A stretch of 64,000 nt of DNA from Octopus sinensis (GCF_006345805.1 NC_043002.1:13020001-13084000); one strand, 5' to 3'; positions 12,941 to 26,897 are shown, numbered from the stretch's first letter. Numbers and translations are program-made. Notes: generated by a model not told the origin, from the letters alone.

Positions 12941-13495
12941 TGAGTGAGAGAGCAGTGCATGCCATCAAAGTGACACTGGGGTAAAATATACGAAGCCCAG
13001 TATACCCATCATGACTACCCGTCTGATAAGGGTACACCAGGCACATGCATCACAACCATATGTGCGCGACATGGTGATCTCATATCAAAATAAACAGCAC
13101 ATGACCTTGCAGGTGGGGCCCAGTTAGAATTTTCTTCAGGTCGAGTAACCCATCCCACTCGAAAGGTCCCTGAATAAGGGTTGTTTAAGGATGTTGAACG
13201 AAACACCCATGTTTCCAGAGGTAAATTATTCAAAACCCAAAGAATCCCTCTCAACACATGGCTATGATGCTCCCCCACTACTTCTGCTCATGATCAGAGA
13301 TGCACATATCGTCAGCCACCAAGGGACATGCTCAACTGGTTAAAGTCAAACAACTGACAAGCAAATCTGTGGTATTGAGCAGAATATTTGCTGTAGCCCA
13401 TCTTTTATACCAAGACAAAACAATGTACATGATAACACTTCCAATCAGTTAAAATCAGAAGCCATGAGAACCACTGTCTGGTACTGCATCAGGGC

Positions 13496-13498
<3 letters not shown>
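12941..13498 (-). mobile_element. Family E: about 555-bp non-coding element flanked by (TAA)n
   Basis: Near-identical in sequence and ends to 30274-30823 (+) and 41784-42333 (-). Confidence 0.85.
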
Positions 13499-13589
<91 letters not shown>

Positions 13590-13989
13590 ATTATTATTTC
13601 CATTTATTATTAGAAGGTATTATTAAATGTTGTTTAGTTTTCAACTTTTGCCTTGCACTTACGATAATCATAAATATGTGAGGGTTTAAGGGAATAGTAG
13701 GAGCAAGAGAGAGGCAGTTTGGTGAATAGATTAAATACCACAAGCCTGTAAACAGATTCGGCAAATGATGAAGAGATCAGCAATGGGCATTGCTGTGCGA
13801 TAATGATATAAAAGAGGCCTCACACCCTTGGGGCAGCAAAGGTCAGATGTGTTTACTACTACTAGCGATCAATGAGAGCGCTGACCTTGGCCTTGAAAAG
13901 AAACAATTCACCTTGTTCTATCTTTAATTATTTATAGAAAAAAAACAATTATATATATATATATATATGTGTGTGTGTGGTGTGTGTGT

Positions 13990-14040
<51 letters not shown>

Positions 14041-14418
14041 CTGATATCAACATCGTTAATTTTGAGCTTCTGAATTTTATTTTCTTTGAAATTTTCTTTT
14101 CTTTTCGTAAGTTTTGCTGTGGTTTACAGTTTTTGTAATTGTGCAGTTTGTATATATTGGCAGGTGCTTATCTTCTTAATTTTTATCTTCTTTTTTTTTA
14201 ATTAGAAAATGTAAAAGCTTCAGTATCTCCAATTTTGTGTGAAAATTTAATCTTTTTTCTCTCTGACTACCCGAATATGTAAACATGTCTTTTATTGCGA
14301 CAACACAATTGAATGCACGACAGAAAATTATCATTGTCATTATTATTGTAATTATTATTGAGTGAGAGAGCAGTGTATGCCATCAAAGTGACACTGGTAT
14401 AAAATATACAAAGCCTAA

Positions 14419-15186
14419 GTCTGTGAGGGACCTGAGTATCGACATGAGTGATGATACCCCTTTCCAAGTGAACATTACCAGGATGGCGACAAAGTGCAGA
14501 CGACTGGCTGGGTGGATCCTAAGAACATTCAGAACCAGAGATAAGGAAACCATGAAGGTCCTCTGACGGACATTCGTCCTCAGCCGCCTGGATTACTGCT
14601 CACAGCTATGGTCACCCACCAGTGTAAAATTAACAGCGGACCTTGAAGCAATCCAGAGAAGATTCACAAAGAAGATCATCTCTTTGCAACAGCTCAGTTA
14701 CTGGGAAAGGTTGAAACAGCTAAGACTCTACTCCCTGGAGAGAAGACGGGAGAGGTATGCAGTAATATATGTCTGGAAGATCCTGGAAGAAATTGTGCCA
14801 AATTTTGCCATTGTAAGCTACACCAATGCTAGAACGGAACGACACTGCATAGTGCCAAAGATCCCAGCAATGCCATCACGCTTCAGGACCAGCTTCTGCA
14901 ACAGCCTGGGTTTCAAGGACCCACAGCTTTTTAATATTCTGCCAAAGAGTCTGAGGAACTTGCACAAAGTAGATGTAGCGGTCTTTAAATCAAAGCTGGA
15001 CATCTTCCTGTCGAGAGTACCAGATAATCCTACCTCACGGCAAGAGGTGCAAATGAGAGTAGCTATGTCAAACTCCATTCTTTACGAAGTGCCACATATT
15101 AGAGGGGGTTCTTCGCAATAACAGTGTAGCACAAAACGGCGGTGCATCAGCATGGCCCCAGCTCTGAGCTGAAACTAGGGGAAAAA
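14419..15186 (+). mobile_element. 5'-truncated CR1-like LINE inserted into a family E copy, 9-bp TSD
   Basis: SRLDYCSQLWSP...LEAIQRRFTK...SYWERLKQLRLYSLERRRER; aaagcctaa at 14410-14418 and 15187-15195; family E halves at 14353-14418 and 15187-15365. Confidence 0.85.
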
Positions 15187-15392
15187 AAAGCCTAATATAC
15201 CCATCATGAGTACCCGTCTGATAAGGGGACACCAGGCACGTGCATCACAACCATATGTGCTCGACAGGGCGATACCATATAAGGATAAACAGCGCATGAC
15301 CTTGCGGGTGGGGCCCAGTTAGAATTTTCTTCATGTCGAGTAGCCCATCCCGCTCGAAAGGTCCCTTATTATCATCATCATCATCATCATCA

Positions 15393-15437
<45 letters not shown>

Positions 15438-15439
<2 letters not shown>

Positions 15440-15827
15440 AACCACTTGGTTTTGGGTTCATTTCCACTGCATGGCACCTTGGGCAAGTGTCTTCTACTAT
15501 AGCCTCGGGCCGAACAAAGACTTGTGAGGGGATTTGGTAGATGGAAACTGAAAGAAGCCCGTCGTATATATGTATATATATATATACATATATATATGTA
15601 TGCATGTGTATATGTTTGTGTGTCTGTGTTTGTCTCTCCCAACATCGCTTGACAACCGATGCTGCTGTGTTTATGTCCTCGTAACTTAGTGATTCGGGAT
15701 AAGAGACCGATAGTATAAGTACTAGGCTTACAAAGAATAAGTCCTCGGGTCGATTTGCTGGACTAAAGGTGGTGCTCCAGTATGGCCACTGTCAAATGAC
15801 CGAAAATAAGTAAAAGAGTAAACGAGT
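15438..15827 (+). mobile_element. SINE family B
   Basis: Same diagnostic segments as other B copies; (aagagta)n-like tail. Confidence 0.8.
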
Positions 15828-15977
15828 ATTATTATTAAAACCATTATTATTTTGCAGATGCATAAAATGCGATGGCCAACGACATTTCAAAGAAGAGAAA
15901 CGAAAATGAACTTAATACCTTTAGTTACTCTGTTAACTACGAAACACTACTACTACTAATACTACTACTACTACTAC

Positions 15978-16029
<52 letters not shown>

Positions 16030-16030
16030 T

Positions 16031-16260
16031 ATATTTCTTTATTGCCCACAAGGGGCTAAACATAGAGGGGACAGACAAGGACAGACAAAGGGATTAAGTC
16101 GATTACATCGACCTCAGTGCGAAGCTGGTAGTTTATTTATCGACCCTGAAAGGATGAAAGGCAAAGTCGACCTCGGCGGAATTTGAACTCAGAACGTAAC
16201 GACAGACGAAATACCCCTGAGCATTTCGCCCGGCGTGCTACCGTCTTTGCCAGTTTGCCC
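16031..16260 (-). mobile_element. SINE family A
   Basis: Full body and head similarity to 2876-3097. Confidence 0.85.
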
Positions 16261-16279
16261 GTGTGTTACATCAAGTTTG

Positions 16280-16321
16280 AAAGAGTTCCATAATAATAAT
16301 AATAACACTATATCCATGGTG

Positions 16322-16357
<36 letters not shown>

Positions 16358-16518
16358 TAATAATAATAATATAATAATAATGATAATAATAATGATAATG
16401 ATAATAATAATAATAATGATAATGATAATAATAATAATATGATAATAATAATAATAATAATAATAATAATATGATAATAATAATAATGATAATAATAATG
16501 ATAATAATAATAATAATG

Positions 16519-16552
<34 letters not shown>

Positions 16553-16571
16553 CAACAACAACAACAACAAC

Positions 16572-16609
<38 letters not shown>

Positions 16610-16890
16610 CAACAACAACAATAATAATAATAATAATAAAAACAACAACAACAATAATAATAATAATAATAATAGTAATAATAATAATAAACAAAAACAC
16701 CAGGACTTACAAACACATATAACATACAGAAAATTGCACTACTAGGCACTGCACACATCCTACGCAGAACACTTTCCATACAATAACCATCAGAGCATCA
16801 CAACAAATCACAGCACATACCCAAGGCACACAGAGCTGCGCTCGGTAGTGAAGTGAAAGCACGCTATAAAAATAAAACTACTGAATAATA
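16280..16890 (+). mobile_element. Long (TAA/TGA/CAA)n tract followed by the 3' end of the second Dong-like family
   Basis: About 400 bp of trinucleotide repeat; 16690-16890 matches 8450-8640. Confidence 0.75.
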
Positions 16891-17083
16891 AATTGAAATG
16901 TCCAGATTGCTCGGATTTAAAATGTGTTACATAATACATCATTGCTATCAAGTTAAAATTGTTCTATGCTATTATTGCTGTGAATTACAGTATGATATCA
17001 TTTATTTGAATTACTGTCAGATATCTTTCACAGTTTTAAATTAAAGTATATTATCTGCGGCTGCTATAATTTAAAACATGCTA

Positions 17084-17467
17084 TCTCTCTCTATATATAA
17101 ACGGCAGTTTGTCTGTGCGTTTTCTGTGTGTCTGTTTTCTCGTACCCTCACTCTGACCACGGCTTTCAACCGATTCTGATGAAACTTGACACACACATAG
17201 CCCAATGTCATAATTCAAAACTAACGCAGCGAAAATTTTGAAAAGTTCCCCCAGTTCTGAAAAAAATCGATAAATTCGACATGGGGTCGACAATCAGAAA
17301 CCCAAACCACAGACCGTCTAGGGGACGCAACTCCACCTTTTTTAACTCTCAAAAAAATTTACCATCATTTTTTTCCATTTTTTTGCTATTTTTTGGCTAT
17401 AACTCTCTAAAAATGCTTTATAGTTATTTCCCTTACAAACCTGAGCAACGCCGGGCGATACTGCTAG
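17084..17467 (+). mobile_element. Non-autonomous Helitron
   Basis: Begins TC after an A (17083); ends with cctgagcaacgccggg hairpin and CTAG (17464-17467) followed by T; no TSD, as expected for Helitrons. Confidence 0.8.
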
Positions 17468-18265
17468 TCGTTGATATTTATATCATTGATAGGAATTAAG
17501 GTATTATAGCTAACAATGCCATTGATTAAAACAGTTTATCTTTGATATAAGTTAACGTATACAGCATATGATTCTTAAAGGTGGCAGATGAAATTCCTCT
17601 TTGCGGAATAAAATGATCTCTAAAAGTCATAGGCTTCTTCGTATTGTCTGGCTGGAAGTAACGCGGCATTCACAGAAAAGGTTGTAGAAAATTCATCTTA
17701 TGAAAGCATTTCTTGATAGCTTTCTTCGCATTTGAAAATCATCAACACTAGAGGAACATGGGAGAGTTTTATTCCGTGCAATTGTGGGCAAGGAGTGAGG
17801 ATGCTTATACCTACATGTTATGAACCGTTTAAACCTAACCTTCGGTAAAAGCAACAGCATGAACAAGGCCGCTTAGCACTCTTGTTTTAGTCACTGATAA
17901 CATTAGAGAGAGGGGTATCTATTCTACCCACTACTTACCGAAAGCTGAACAGTTATCTCCCCTTAGATTTTTCCACTTGTTGAATCATTTACTCATAAAT
18001 TTCACACTCAACATGGACCTAAAAATTTCTTCTTAAGAAAATACGTATTTAAATAAATTTTATGCCATGAATAGCGAAAGCGAAACCGGTCGACAAACAC
18101 AATACAAGATTTATTTTAAATTATATTAAAACTATGTAAAGTGTATGCATTTCCGTTCTTTAATTTATTATATATCTTACAACACAAAACTTGGGGATAA
18201 TCGAAATTCCTCCCTTTCTGTTACTACTTTATACCTACATATATATATGAAGTAGGTGTTAAGTA

Positions 18266-18316
18266 TCTCACTCAGAAGGTATCGATGATAGATGTGTCGA
18301 AACAATTGTCGTGATC
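18266..18316 (+). ncRNA. Decayed hammerhead-like motif
   Basis: GAAA-CAATTG-TC then gtga pairing with upstream tcac, followed by AATAAA; 5' core corrupted (tcagaag). Confidence 0.3.
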
Positions 18317-19023
18317 AATAAAAATTCTTGTATCTTGCATCGTCTTTCATTTACCATTTATACACATGTATGTATATATACATACAGAAACACACACACA
18401 CACACACACACATTATGCATACATATGCATATATAGAGGTAGAATGCACGCGCGCATGTGTGTGTGTGTCTCATGTATTTTATGAGAGTTCTTCAATCTG
18501 TGTCTTCTCAGTCTATCACAATTTCCATGTAACCTTCTTCTTGAAAGACAATTTAGTTCAAAGCAATGTTTTGTTTGATCCTTAACTCGGGGTACTTGAG
18601 CCTGGGACAATGGAACTTGGCCTGATTTTACTTAAATAATGTCATCAACTGAAAACACCCGATGGTGTTTGTCTTTTCTCAAGAGTCTTGGAAAAATATG
18701 GAGTTCCTCTTGACTAGTGTCATCTGATTGGAAGATGTTATTGTAACGTCTATGAATGTAAAGTGTTGAATATGTGTCTTTGTTGACTGTGTATGCGTGC
18801 ATGTGTGAGTAGGAATATATATGCATGTATATAAATATGTGTGTCTATGTCTGTGTGTATGTATACACATTAGCACAATATATCGATATGTATATATATA
18901 CACATTAATACATACGCACATATACATGCATAGATAGATAAATAAATAGATAGATTGACAGATAGATAGATAGATAAATAGATAGATAGATAGACAGACA
19001 GACAGAAAGACAGACAGACAGAC

Positions 19024-19170
<147 letters not shown>

Positions 19171-19788
19171 CACGAAGCAAACACTTGTGTCTGAATACGT
19201 GGCTATGATTGTGTCACTGTGTATATATGTGTGTACGTGTGTATGTACATCTGTTAGTGTACGTGCAAAATTGTGAATGTAACACAGTGTAGGTATAGCT
19301 GTATCAATGTTTGCGTGATTGCGTGCGGCTATGCGTGCGTTTGTGCTTGTGTATGCTTGTATGTATGTATGCACAAATAGTATGAGTGTGTGGGGTGAGG
19401 TAATTTTAAGAAATTGAAGGTCAGCAATTTTCATCAAGATTTCTTCATTCCTCCTTCAATTATTACTTAATACTCACATGTGCAATCACTACAATTCCCC
19501 ACTCAGCCAATTCCAACTGTCTTTTACTCTCTCTTTTTCTTTCTCTCTTTCTCTCTCTCACACACACACACACACACTACTCCCACTTACACTTACAGAG
19601 AAATCTACCAAATTTAATTTCTTTACCTCCTTCAATTTTCTTTCCACCTCACGCTGTTACTTCACTCCCCCCTCCCAACTCATATTCTCTCCATTTCTTT
19701 GAAATCTTCTCCTTGCTAATATCATTCTCCTCTCCGTACATTTACGTCCATTTTTTCTTCACTCATTTCTCTCATCCTTCCCCACTCG

Positions 19789-19864
<76 letters not shown>

Positions 19865-20452
19865 CTATCTCATACAACTTCATATCGACCTCTTTTCTTC
19901 CTAACATAGCTCTTCTCTTCTTGAGATTTTTTTCTTCTTGCTGCCACACATTTTAATTTTATATCTCTCCCACTAACATTCACTCCCTATGGCATCGTTT
20001 TTCTTTTCCATTTCTTTTTTCCAACTAGTTCATATACCTCCACACTATTTTCCTCTTTTGCATCTTACATTATGCATTCTATAACAATTGTTATTTATGG
20101 TGCCAGAAATTCCATTCTAGCTCTTCAATTTATCCTACACTACTCCCTTTCATCTTTCTTTCTTTCATTCTGTCTTTCTTTCTCTGTTACCCCCAATCTA
20201 TGTATGTGATCTAAAAACACATACATAAGCATTTACACGAACACAAACATGCACATATCTTCAAGCAATTACAGATACGAACAATCTGTTACGCCATTCC
20301 CTTCTAGTGTATTCGGACGTGATAAGACCTTTCGCTGCAATGAAAGTCTCAAGAGAAAATTCTACACGTAGATTTGTGTAATAACGCAAACATATTGGTA
20401 GCGTGATGGCGTCATTCTCCTTCGCGTCTTAGGATTCATAGGGTCAGTTAAC

Positions 20453-20935
20453 ACAGTTTATTTCACGCTGCTCCAGTCTGCTCAGTTGGTAAAAATGAGT
20501 TATACTTGTATTTCAAAGGACCAGCCTTGTCAAATTCTGTGTCATGTTGAATCTCCCTAAGAACTACGTCAAGAGCACGTGCGTACATGTATGTTAATTT
20601 CAAGAGCAGGCTGTTCTGTTGATCGGGTTAACTGGAACCCTCGTGGTCGCAACCGATGGAGTACCAGTTATGCTAAGTAATGTCTTTGAGTCTTAGGATT
20701 CATAGAGTCAGTTAATTTACTTTACATGGCGTATACATGACCGAGATGGATTTCCCTCTGAACAGGACGCCAATCCATCGCAGGTTTACTCATCAGAAGC
20801 TGCATGGACTTGAGCAAACTCAAACGAAGTGTCTTGCTCAAGAAAACTCCGCACAGCCCAATCTGGAAACAGAAACCATAATCACAAGGTCGTGAGGTGA
20901 ACACCCTAACCACAAGTCCACGCGCTTTCGCGATG
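20453..20935. mobile_element. SINE remnants (family F +, family C -)
   Basis: 20453-20650 is homologous to the reverse complement of 41180-41340 and lies between about 25-bp direct repeats (gtcttaggattcatag.gtcagttaa); 20720-20935 resembles family C. Confidence 0.6.
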
Positions 20936-21284
20936 TCCAGGATGCAGAAGAGAATACTTTGTCGCTTGCCATTCTGGACCGACTGCGCATCAACGTGAAC
21001 GCTCAGTTAAATTCATTCATTTTCTGTTTGTTTACATTTAGATCTTTCCTTATTTCTTTATTCATTCATTTCTTTGCTTATTTTTATGAATGGAATTTGT
21101 GGGGGCGGATTGTTCTATTCATAAACTCTCTCGTTCATAAAGTTACGGAATAGTTATGTGGATAAAAGTGCACGTAGAATACTGACGCCACTAACATAAC
21201 GAAATATCAACAACTTAAGCGATCGAATCTTCCTGTAGAATATCTAAGAATAACACTATATATACTTGCACACACACACACACC

Positions 21285-21352
<68 letters not shown>

Positions 21353-21570
21353 AACAGAACTGCATAGGGGTTCGGTTGGCAGATCAGTATGAGATGCGGT
21401 CAATGAGGCCAATGAAATTAAAGAGATTTATACAAATTGGTATATAAAAGTTCATTCAACTTACCGGAAATTCTGAAATATTTCTTTGTGGAATTTATGA
21501 AAAGGCAACCAATTCAACATTTCTACTCTATAAAACGGACGTTTATTATGTGAGCATGGGCGTGCATGTA

Positions 21571-21625
<55 letters not shown>

Positions 21626-21936
21626 ATATGTGTGTGTGTGTGTTGTGTGTGTGTGCGTGTGTGTGTGTGTGTGTGTGAGTGTATATATACATTTGTGTGT
21701 TGGTGTATGAACAAACGCACGCATATATGTGTCTGTGCGTCTGGGTGTGGAGGTGCGTGTGTGCGTGTGTGCGCGCGTGTGTGTGTGTTTCATTCGAGTT
21801 TTAACAAGATCAGTATTAAACTGCAGAATTATTTGATAGCTTTTGTAGATAAGGAATTGATCATAATTTTACAAAACTTTGAAGTCACAGTCACTGTCAC
21901 CCCTTTCTCAAAAGTTTTTACAATTGTGTACATTAA

Positions 21937-21972
<36 letters not shown>

Positions 21973-22151
21973 TGGGTGGCAAATTCGCAAATTTACAACT
22001 TAAAGGCAGAAATATATACGTCACTAAAGTGACAAAGTGTACTAACAAGCACAAATATTGCTAGAAATAAGAGTCAAAACAAATCAATAATCACAGCATG
22101 CACTATCTTAATTGCTGACAACGGAGGCAAGCTCCCTACAGAGCAGATATA

Positions 22152-22210
22152 GCCAGATCATCGATGATTTCACATTCTGATACTTACACAACTTCATGCT
22201 CATTGGTGAC
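22152..22210 (-). ncRNA. Decayed type-I hammerhead motif
   Basis: gtca-CCAATGA-Gcat...atgT-GAAA-TCATCGATGA-TC-tggc: palindromic helix III and stems I/II retained, two core substitutions. Confidence 0.4.
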
Positions 22211-22225
22211 ATATATGTGTATATA

Positions 22226-22320
<95 letters not shown>

Positions 22321-22472
22321 ACTGTGTGTGATTATGCTAGAAGAACACAATGCGAATTTCAAAATTACCGTAGAATAAAAAAATACCCTCTATAGATATG
22401 TTGTAGCAGATACAAATAAATATTACTATATAGATATTAGCACATGCTTCATAAAACGAAGAATATCATATC

Positions 22473-22703
22473 ATGAAAGTTTCAACAGGTCGTAGTAAAC
22501 TTATATGGTCGCTGAAAGATGAAAATATTAAATATTCATTAAAATGGGAAATTATTAATTCTGCGAAAGCTTACAAATTAGGGGACGAAAAATGCAATTT
22601 ATGCCTAGAAGAACTATACCGAGTATTTACTTCGGAAAATGAATTAGTTAACACTAGAGAAAAAGTTTATATGCTTGGAGAAACAACGTCGTATTTTTTT
22701 TAA
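22473..22703 (+). mobile_element. Penelope-like element C-terminal (GIY-YIG region) fragment
   Basis: SKLIWSLKDENIKYSLKWEIINSAKAY...CNLCLEE matches the C-terminal pattern I recall for GIY-YIG-bearing Penelope-like elements. Confidence 0.7.
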
Positions 22704-23156
22704 TACGAATAATAGAATGCAAAAACCATGTAATTTTAGCCATTCAGCTCTCTCAAACAATAATAGTAATTAAATTGAAAAAATTTATAGAATTTATAAT
22801 TAACTGTTTCATTTTATTAACCACGTGGTGCCTACTGACCTGTAATCACCCACTACTATTTCCATCACAATTTAAATAGAACAACCAATTCGAAAATCTA
22901 TTTAAAATACCAAATGACTATAAGGAACGTAGAATAATTCAAAGGAAAATTGTTCAATAAATAACCACTCCTAAACGGTTGAGTAAAATTTGTAAACGTC
23001 AACAAAGACGGTTGCTGGTCCTACCAGATTTTTACACAAACACTCAGTTGTGAATAGCAACTCATCATTGAACAACATGATTTACTACTACCATTACCAA
23101 GCCTCATTCAAACTAATAACGGGGCGAATTACTCCAAGAACAGCGACGTATTTATT

Positions 23157-23245
23157 CACCCTGAAGAGATCGTGCAAATTATGCATAAATCCCTGCATAT
23201 AAATATGCATCAATTTGCAATTGATACGATCGAAACGCGTGTCGG
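23157..23245 (+). ncRNA. Type-I hammerhead motif with long stem II
   Basis: CTGAAGA (23161), GATCGT/ACGATC closing stem II with further gcaaatt/aatttgc and atgcata/tatgcat pairs, GAAA (23232), self-complementary ACGCGTGT, GTC at 23241-23243; stem I only 2 bp; AATAAA follows. Confidence 0.6.
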
Positions 23246-23603
23246 ACAGTTATTATGAATAAACCAAGCAGAAAATCTGAATGTTCAAATTCTTCGTTTT
23301 CCTTATTATCAGTTTTGTGAGTTTACTCTCTAAGTAGTCAGGAAATAAACCGTAACATCGGATGGTAATTTTTAGGAAATGCACCTTAAAACGGAGCATC
23401 GGAAGAATCCGGCCTTGGCACTTTACATAGAGTTATCTGTCTGGATTGTCATATCCCTCCTCTTGCTATATATACACAGACATGACAAAAATAAATAGAC
23501 AGCCCGTAAAACGTTTTTTTATACTTATCTTAACTTGAAAATATTTATACTGTTTATTAATGGACATTTTAATGTTTCAGGTGTTATATGTGACTGTTTA
23601 ATC

Positions 23604-23675
23604 ATGCCACGTACAAAAGAACCCTTGGAACTGACCAAATTTCAAAGAGGTCGTATTGTGGTTCAATCTAAATGA
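23604..23675 (+). mobile_element. Tc1-like transposase N-terminal remnant
   Basis: MPRTKEPLELTKFQRGRIVV resembles the Tc1 N-terminal helix; truncated. Confidence 0.5.
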
Positions 23676-23689
23676 CGCTGAAATTCAAC

Positions 23690-24530
23690 GACTATTAGTG
23701 GTGAAGCGCCATGCTCACAGTGTGTTGCTACACAGAGAACTGTCTACTGTGCAGCGAAGTCTAGCACTTGCCCACTATAACAGTGTAAAATCACTACTGC
23801 AGCGATCTCTCAGGAAGATGCAGAGCACTTGGTGGGAGGATCTTGCTCGTGATGTTCAGGCTGCTGCTGATACAAATGACAGCAAGAAGCTTTACCGTCT
23901 TATGAATCGAGCTTATGGACCTAAGAGCTCCACATCAGCTCCTTTGCTTTCCAAGGAGTCTTCCACTCTGTTTACTAAATCAACAGAAATCACAGGTCGC
24001 TGGATCGAACTCTTCTCTGAACTCCTAAACCATGAGTCAGTTGTGAATGAAATAGTGATTGATACTATGAAACAAAGACCTATCATTGACTCCTTAGACT
24101 CCTCGCCATCAATACATGAAGTAATGACATCAATAAGTAAATTGAATCTTGGTAGGGCACCTGGAAAGGATGGAATTTGTGCTGAGGTCTTGCGATTTGG
24201 TGGTAATTGCATCACACAGTCCCTTCATGAACTTATTAGTGCAGTCTGTAGGGATGGTGCAATCCCTACAGACACTGACTAGGAGAACAATGCCTGTCAT
24301 CGCCACAGACGGAGGAAGCAGATTAAGGAGGGGATCGGCACTTTTGAGAGAGCACGTATCCAGCATGAAGAACTTAAGCGAGCTGCGCGAAAGCGCACGG
24401 CTCGTATAGTGAATGGGGAAAGCTTGGTCTGTAATGTTTGCAGTCGTGTATGCTTGTCAAGAGTAGGGCTCATTAGCTACCAATGGAGCCACAAATGCAA
24501 AATACAAGTTAGACCTAGAGCGCACAATGT
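23690..24530 (+). mobile_element. RTE (BovB-like) LINE remnant with internal deletion of the RT core
   Basis: WWEDLARDVQAAAD...GRAPGKDGICAEVL...GAIPTD joined at about 24282 to the C-terminal CNVCSRVCLSRVGLISY zinc finger. Confidence 0.8.
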
Positions 24531-24929
24531 TCCCGAAGGTCGGCAATGGTTTTCCTCGGTCACGAGTGGACGGCTATCTTGTCTCCTCTTCCCTCACTCT
24601 CTCACATTTCCCTGTCTTTCTTACTTTGCCCCACTGATTCTGTTGCCCAGCCAAACTTTTGGCACGCTCTGTTTCTTCCCCCTCCCTCTCTCTCTTTGAT
24701 TCCTTTGCCCCCTTGTTTTTTTCTGTCTCTTCTTCTCCACTTTCACGTGACCTGTTCTCCACTTTCACGTAACCTGCTGGTTTACTGGCCTTTCTGCTGG
24801 TGACCGTTGCTGTGACCACACGTATTTCAAAATACGCCCGTTAAGATAGTTCCATTGTCTAAAGTCGTAAGACACACGCTGTTTTAAATTTTATTTTTGT
24901 TTTTTGTATTTATATTCGTATGGCATCGT

Positions 24930-25160
24930 CCGCCTTTCTGTCCCTGTTTCGTATACATTCGATCCTCTTTCCAAGAAATTTAATGCTCGCAGCTTAGTTT
25001 TCCTTGGGGCTAGCCGGATCTGAGCGAATCTCAGGATTAATTAACCGAAATTTGATAGGACGATCCGGTTCCTGACTGAATATTAGAGGCTTCGAATGAC
25101 CCGTCCGTTTTTGTGTCGTCTCTTTGTGTTTTTTACGTTTTTGTCCCATTTTTATATATA
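24930..25160 (+). repeat. Unclassified dispersed repeat adjoining (TA)n; second copy at 37925-38150 (-)
   Basis: Shared ttccttggggct...ccggttc(c)tgactgaa.attagaggcttcga.tgacccgtc. Confidence 0.7.
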
Positions 25161-25184
25161 ATTTTTATACATGTATATATATAT

Positions 25185-25238
<54 letters not shown>

Positions 25239-25388
25239 TATGTGCAATGACGGTCGTGAGAATTTCGTATTTGAACGAGTGATGCGAGGAGAAGTTTTGC
25301 AACGTACGAAAGTGAAAATGAAAGCGGAAAAGTTTCAGAGAGGAAAAATGACAGGCGACATAAGCTAAAGTCAAATCTGTGTATGCGT

Positions 25389-25420
<32 letters not shown>

Positions 25421-25657
25421 ATGTGTGTGTGTGGATATGTGTGAAAATTTGCTTGTGTAGCTGTGCGTGCGTAGATGTTTGCAATATGTATACGTACACT
25501 GTATGTTTACGTGGATACGTATGTGTGTGCGTGCGCGTGTGTATGGCTTTAGTTTACGATGTGCATGAATCCATGTTTACAATGAGGGCGTGTGTGTATG
25601 TGTGCGTTTATATATACATACTTATATATATACATTATATATATATATAATATATAT

Positions 25658-25718
<61 letters not shown>

Positions 25719-25952
25719 TATATATATAATATATATACATATATTAAATTAATATCTAATTTTTACCCTTATTTGTAATTTTAATTATTCTACAGTAAAT
25801 CTTTTATGCAGTATTCGTTTCCGGAAGTCTTATCGCAGTTTTGGTGGAGGAATTTGAATCATAACTGCTAATACAATCGATTAAACCGCACGTGTGTTTT
25901 GACGTTGTGTTGAAATTTAGCGTGCGATTTAATAAATTGTATTTTAGACAAA

Positions 25953-26025
25953 TTCTGCTGATGAACTATAGATGTTGTGTAAGTAAAATTGCATATTACA
26001 TTAATAGCGAAACAATTGTCCAGAG
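25953..26025 (+). ncRNA. Type-I hammerhead motif
   Basis: ttctg-CTGATGA-a-ctat...atag-c-GAAA-CAATTG-TC-cagag: 5-bp stem I, ACAATTGT palindrome, GUC at 26018-26020; first stem II pair is A.C. Confidence 0.7.
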
Positions 26026-26178
26026 TTAATCTATATTTTCGTTGTTTTTCACTTGCCTCGTTTACGTTAAATGTTGTGTTAGTTCTCCTTGTAAACAATT
26101 TTTTAGTGGCTAATACCGTAGCGGATCTATTTTTAGCGCTAGAGTCGACCATATAGTGGTCACTCTCTTATATTTATG

Positions 26179-26228
<50 letters not shown>

Positions 26229-26897
26229 TAGATATGTATATACATACATATGTATATACATACATATGTATGTATATGTATGTATGTACTAACAGTGATT
26301 GAGTGTGTGTGTGTGTGTGTGGAACATTTGATCTAAGTGTGCGCGCTGTGTACACTCATATCTGTTTTGATATTAATGTGCTAGTAGGCTGTGTGCTGTG
26401 TATGTATGTATGTATGTATGTATATATGTATGTATGTGCGTCTCTGTGTGTATGTGTATATGTGTATATATGTGTATGTGTGTGTGTGTTTCTGCTTATT
26501 CTCTGAATGTGTATGTAGGCAATTTTTAATATGGGTTTCTGTTTTTTTTCTGTTTTTATATGTGTATATAACAGTGTTATGACTAAGCGCGTCCATGTTT
26601 TTACAGCGAATACTTGTGTATTGGTTTTTCGTGTGTCAGTGTGTCTCTGTGTGTGCACAGAGAAATTTATATGTGCAGTTGCTTACATTGCAGTGTGTGT
26701 ACGTGTACGTGTACGTACGTGTCAACGTGTACATGTGTAGTGTTGTGTATGAGTATACTTGCAGTATATGTATGTGAAGTTGTGCGTATATACTTGTTGA
26801 TTATCTATTCGGTGTAAGTTTATATACGTTTATGTAAAAGTTTGTGTGTTTATGTAAAATTTATTGAATGGGTGTGAGCTCCTTGGTTCTCGAATAC

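Noticed and set aside
13430-13498. HDV-like ribozyme at the 5' end of family E
   Set aside because: A possible P1 (gccctga/tcagggc) exists, but there is no room for P3/L3 and no P1.1 pairing
16280-16700. Single-base gaps in repeats (taataatataat, gtgtgtggtgtg) as a biological pattern
   Set aside because: They recur in many unrelated tracts and look like long-read consensus indels; some transposon frameshifts may have the same cause
25060-25105. Hammerhead in the 24930/37925 repeat family
   Set aside because: No stem II between the CTGAA(G/T)A and GAA(T)/GAG(T) segments in either copy
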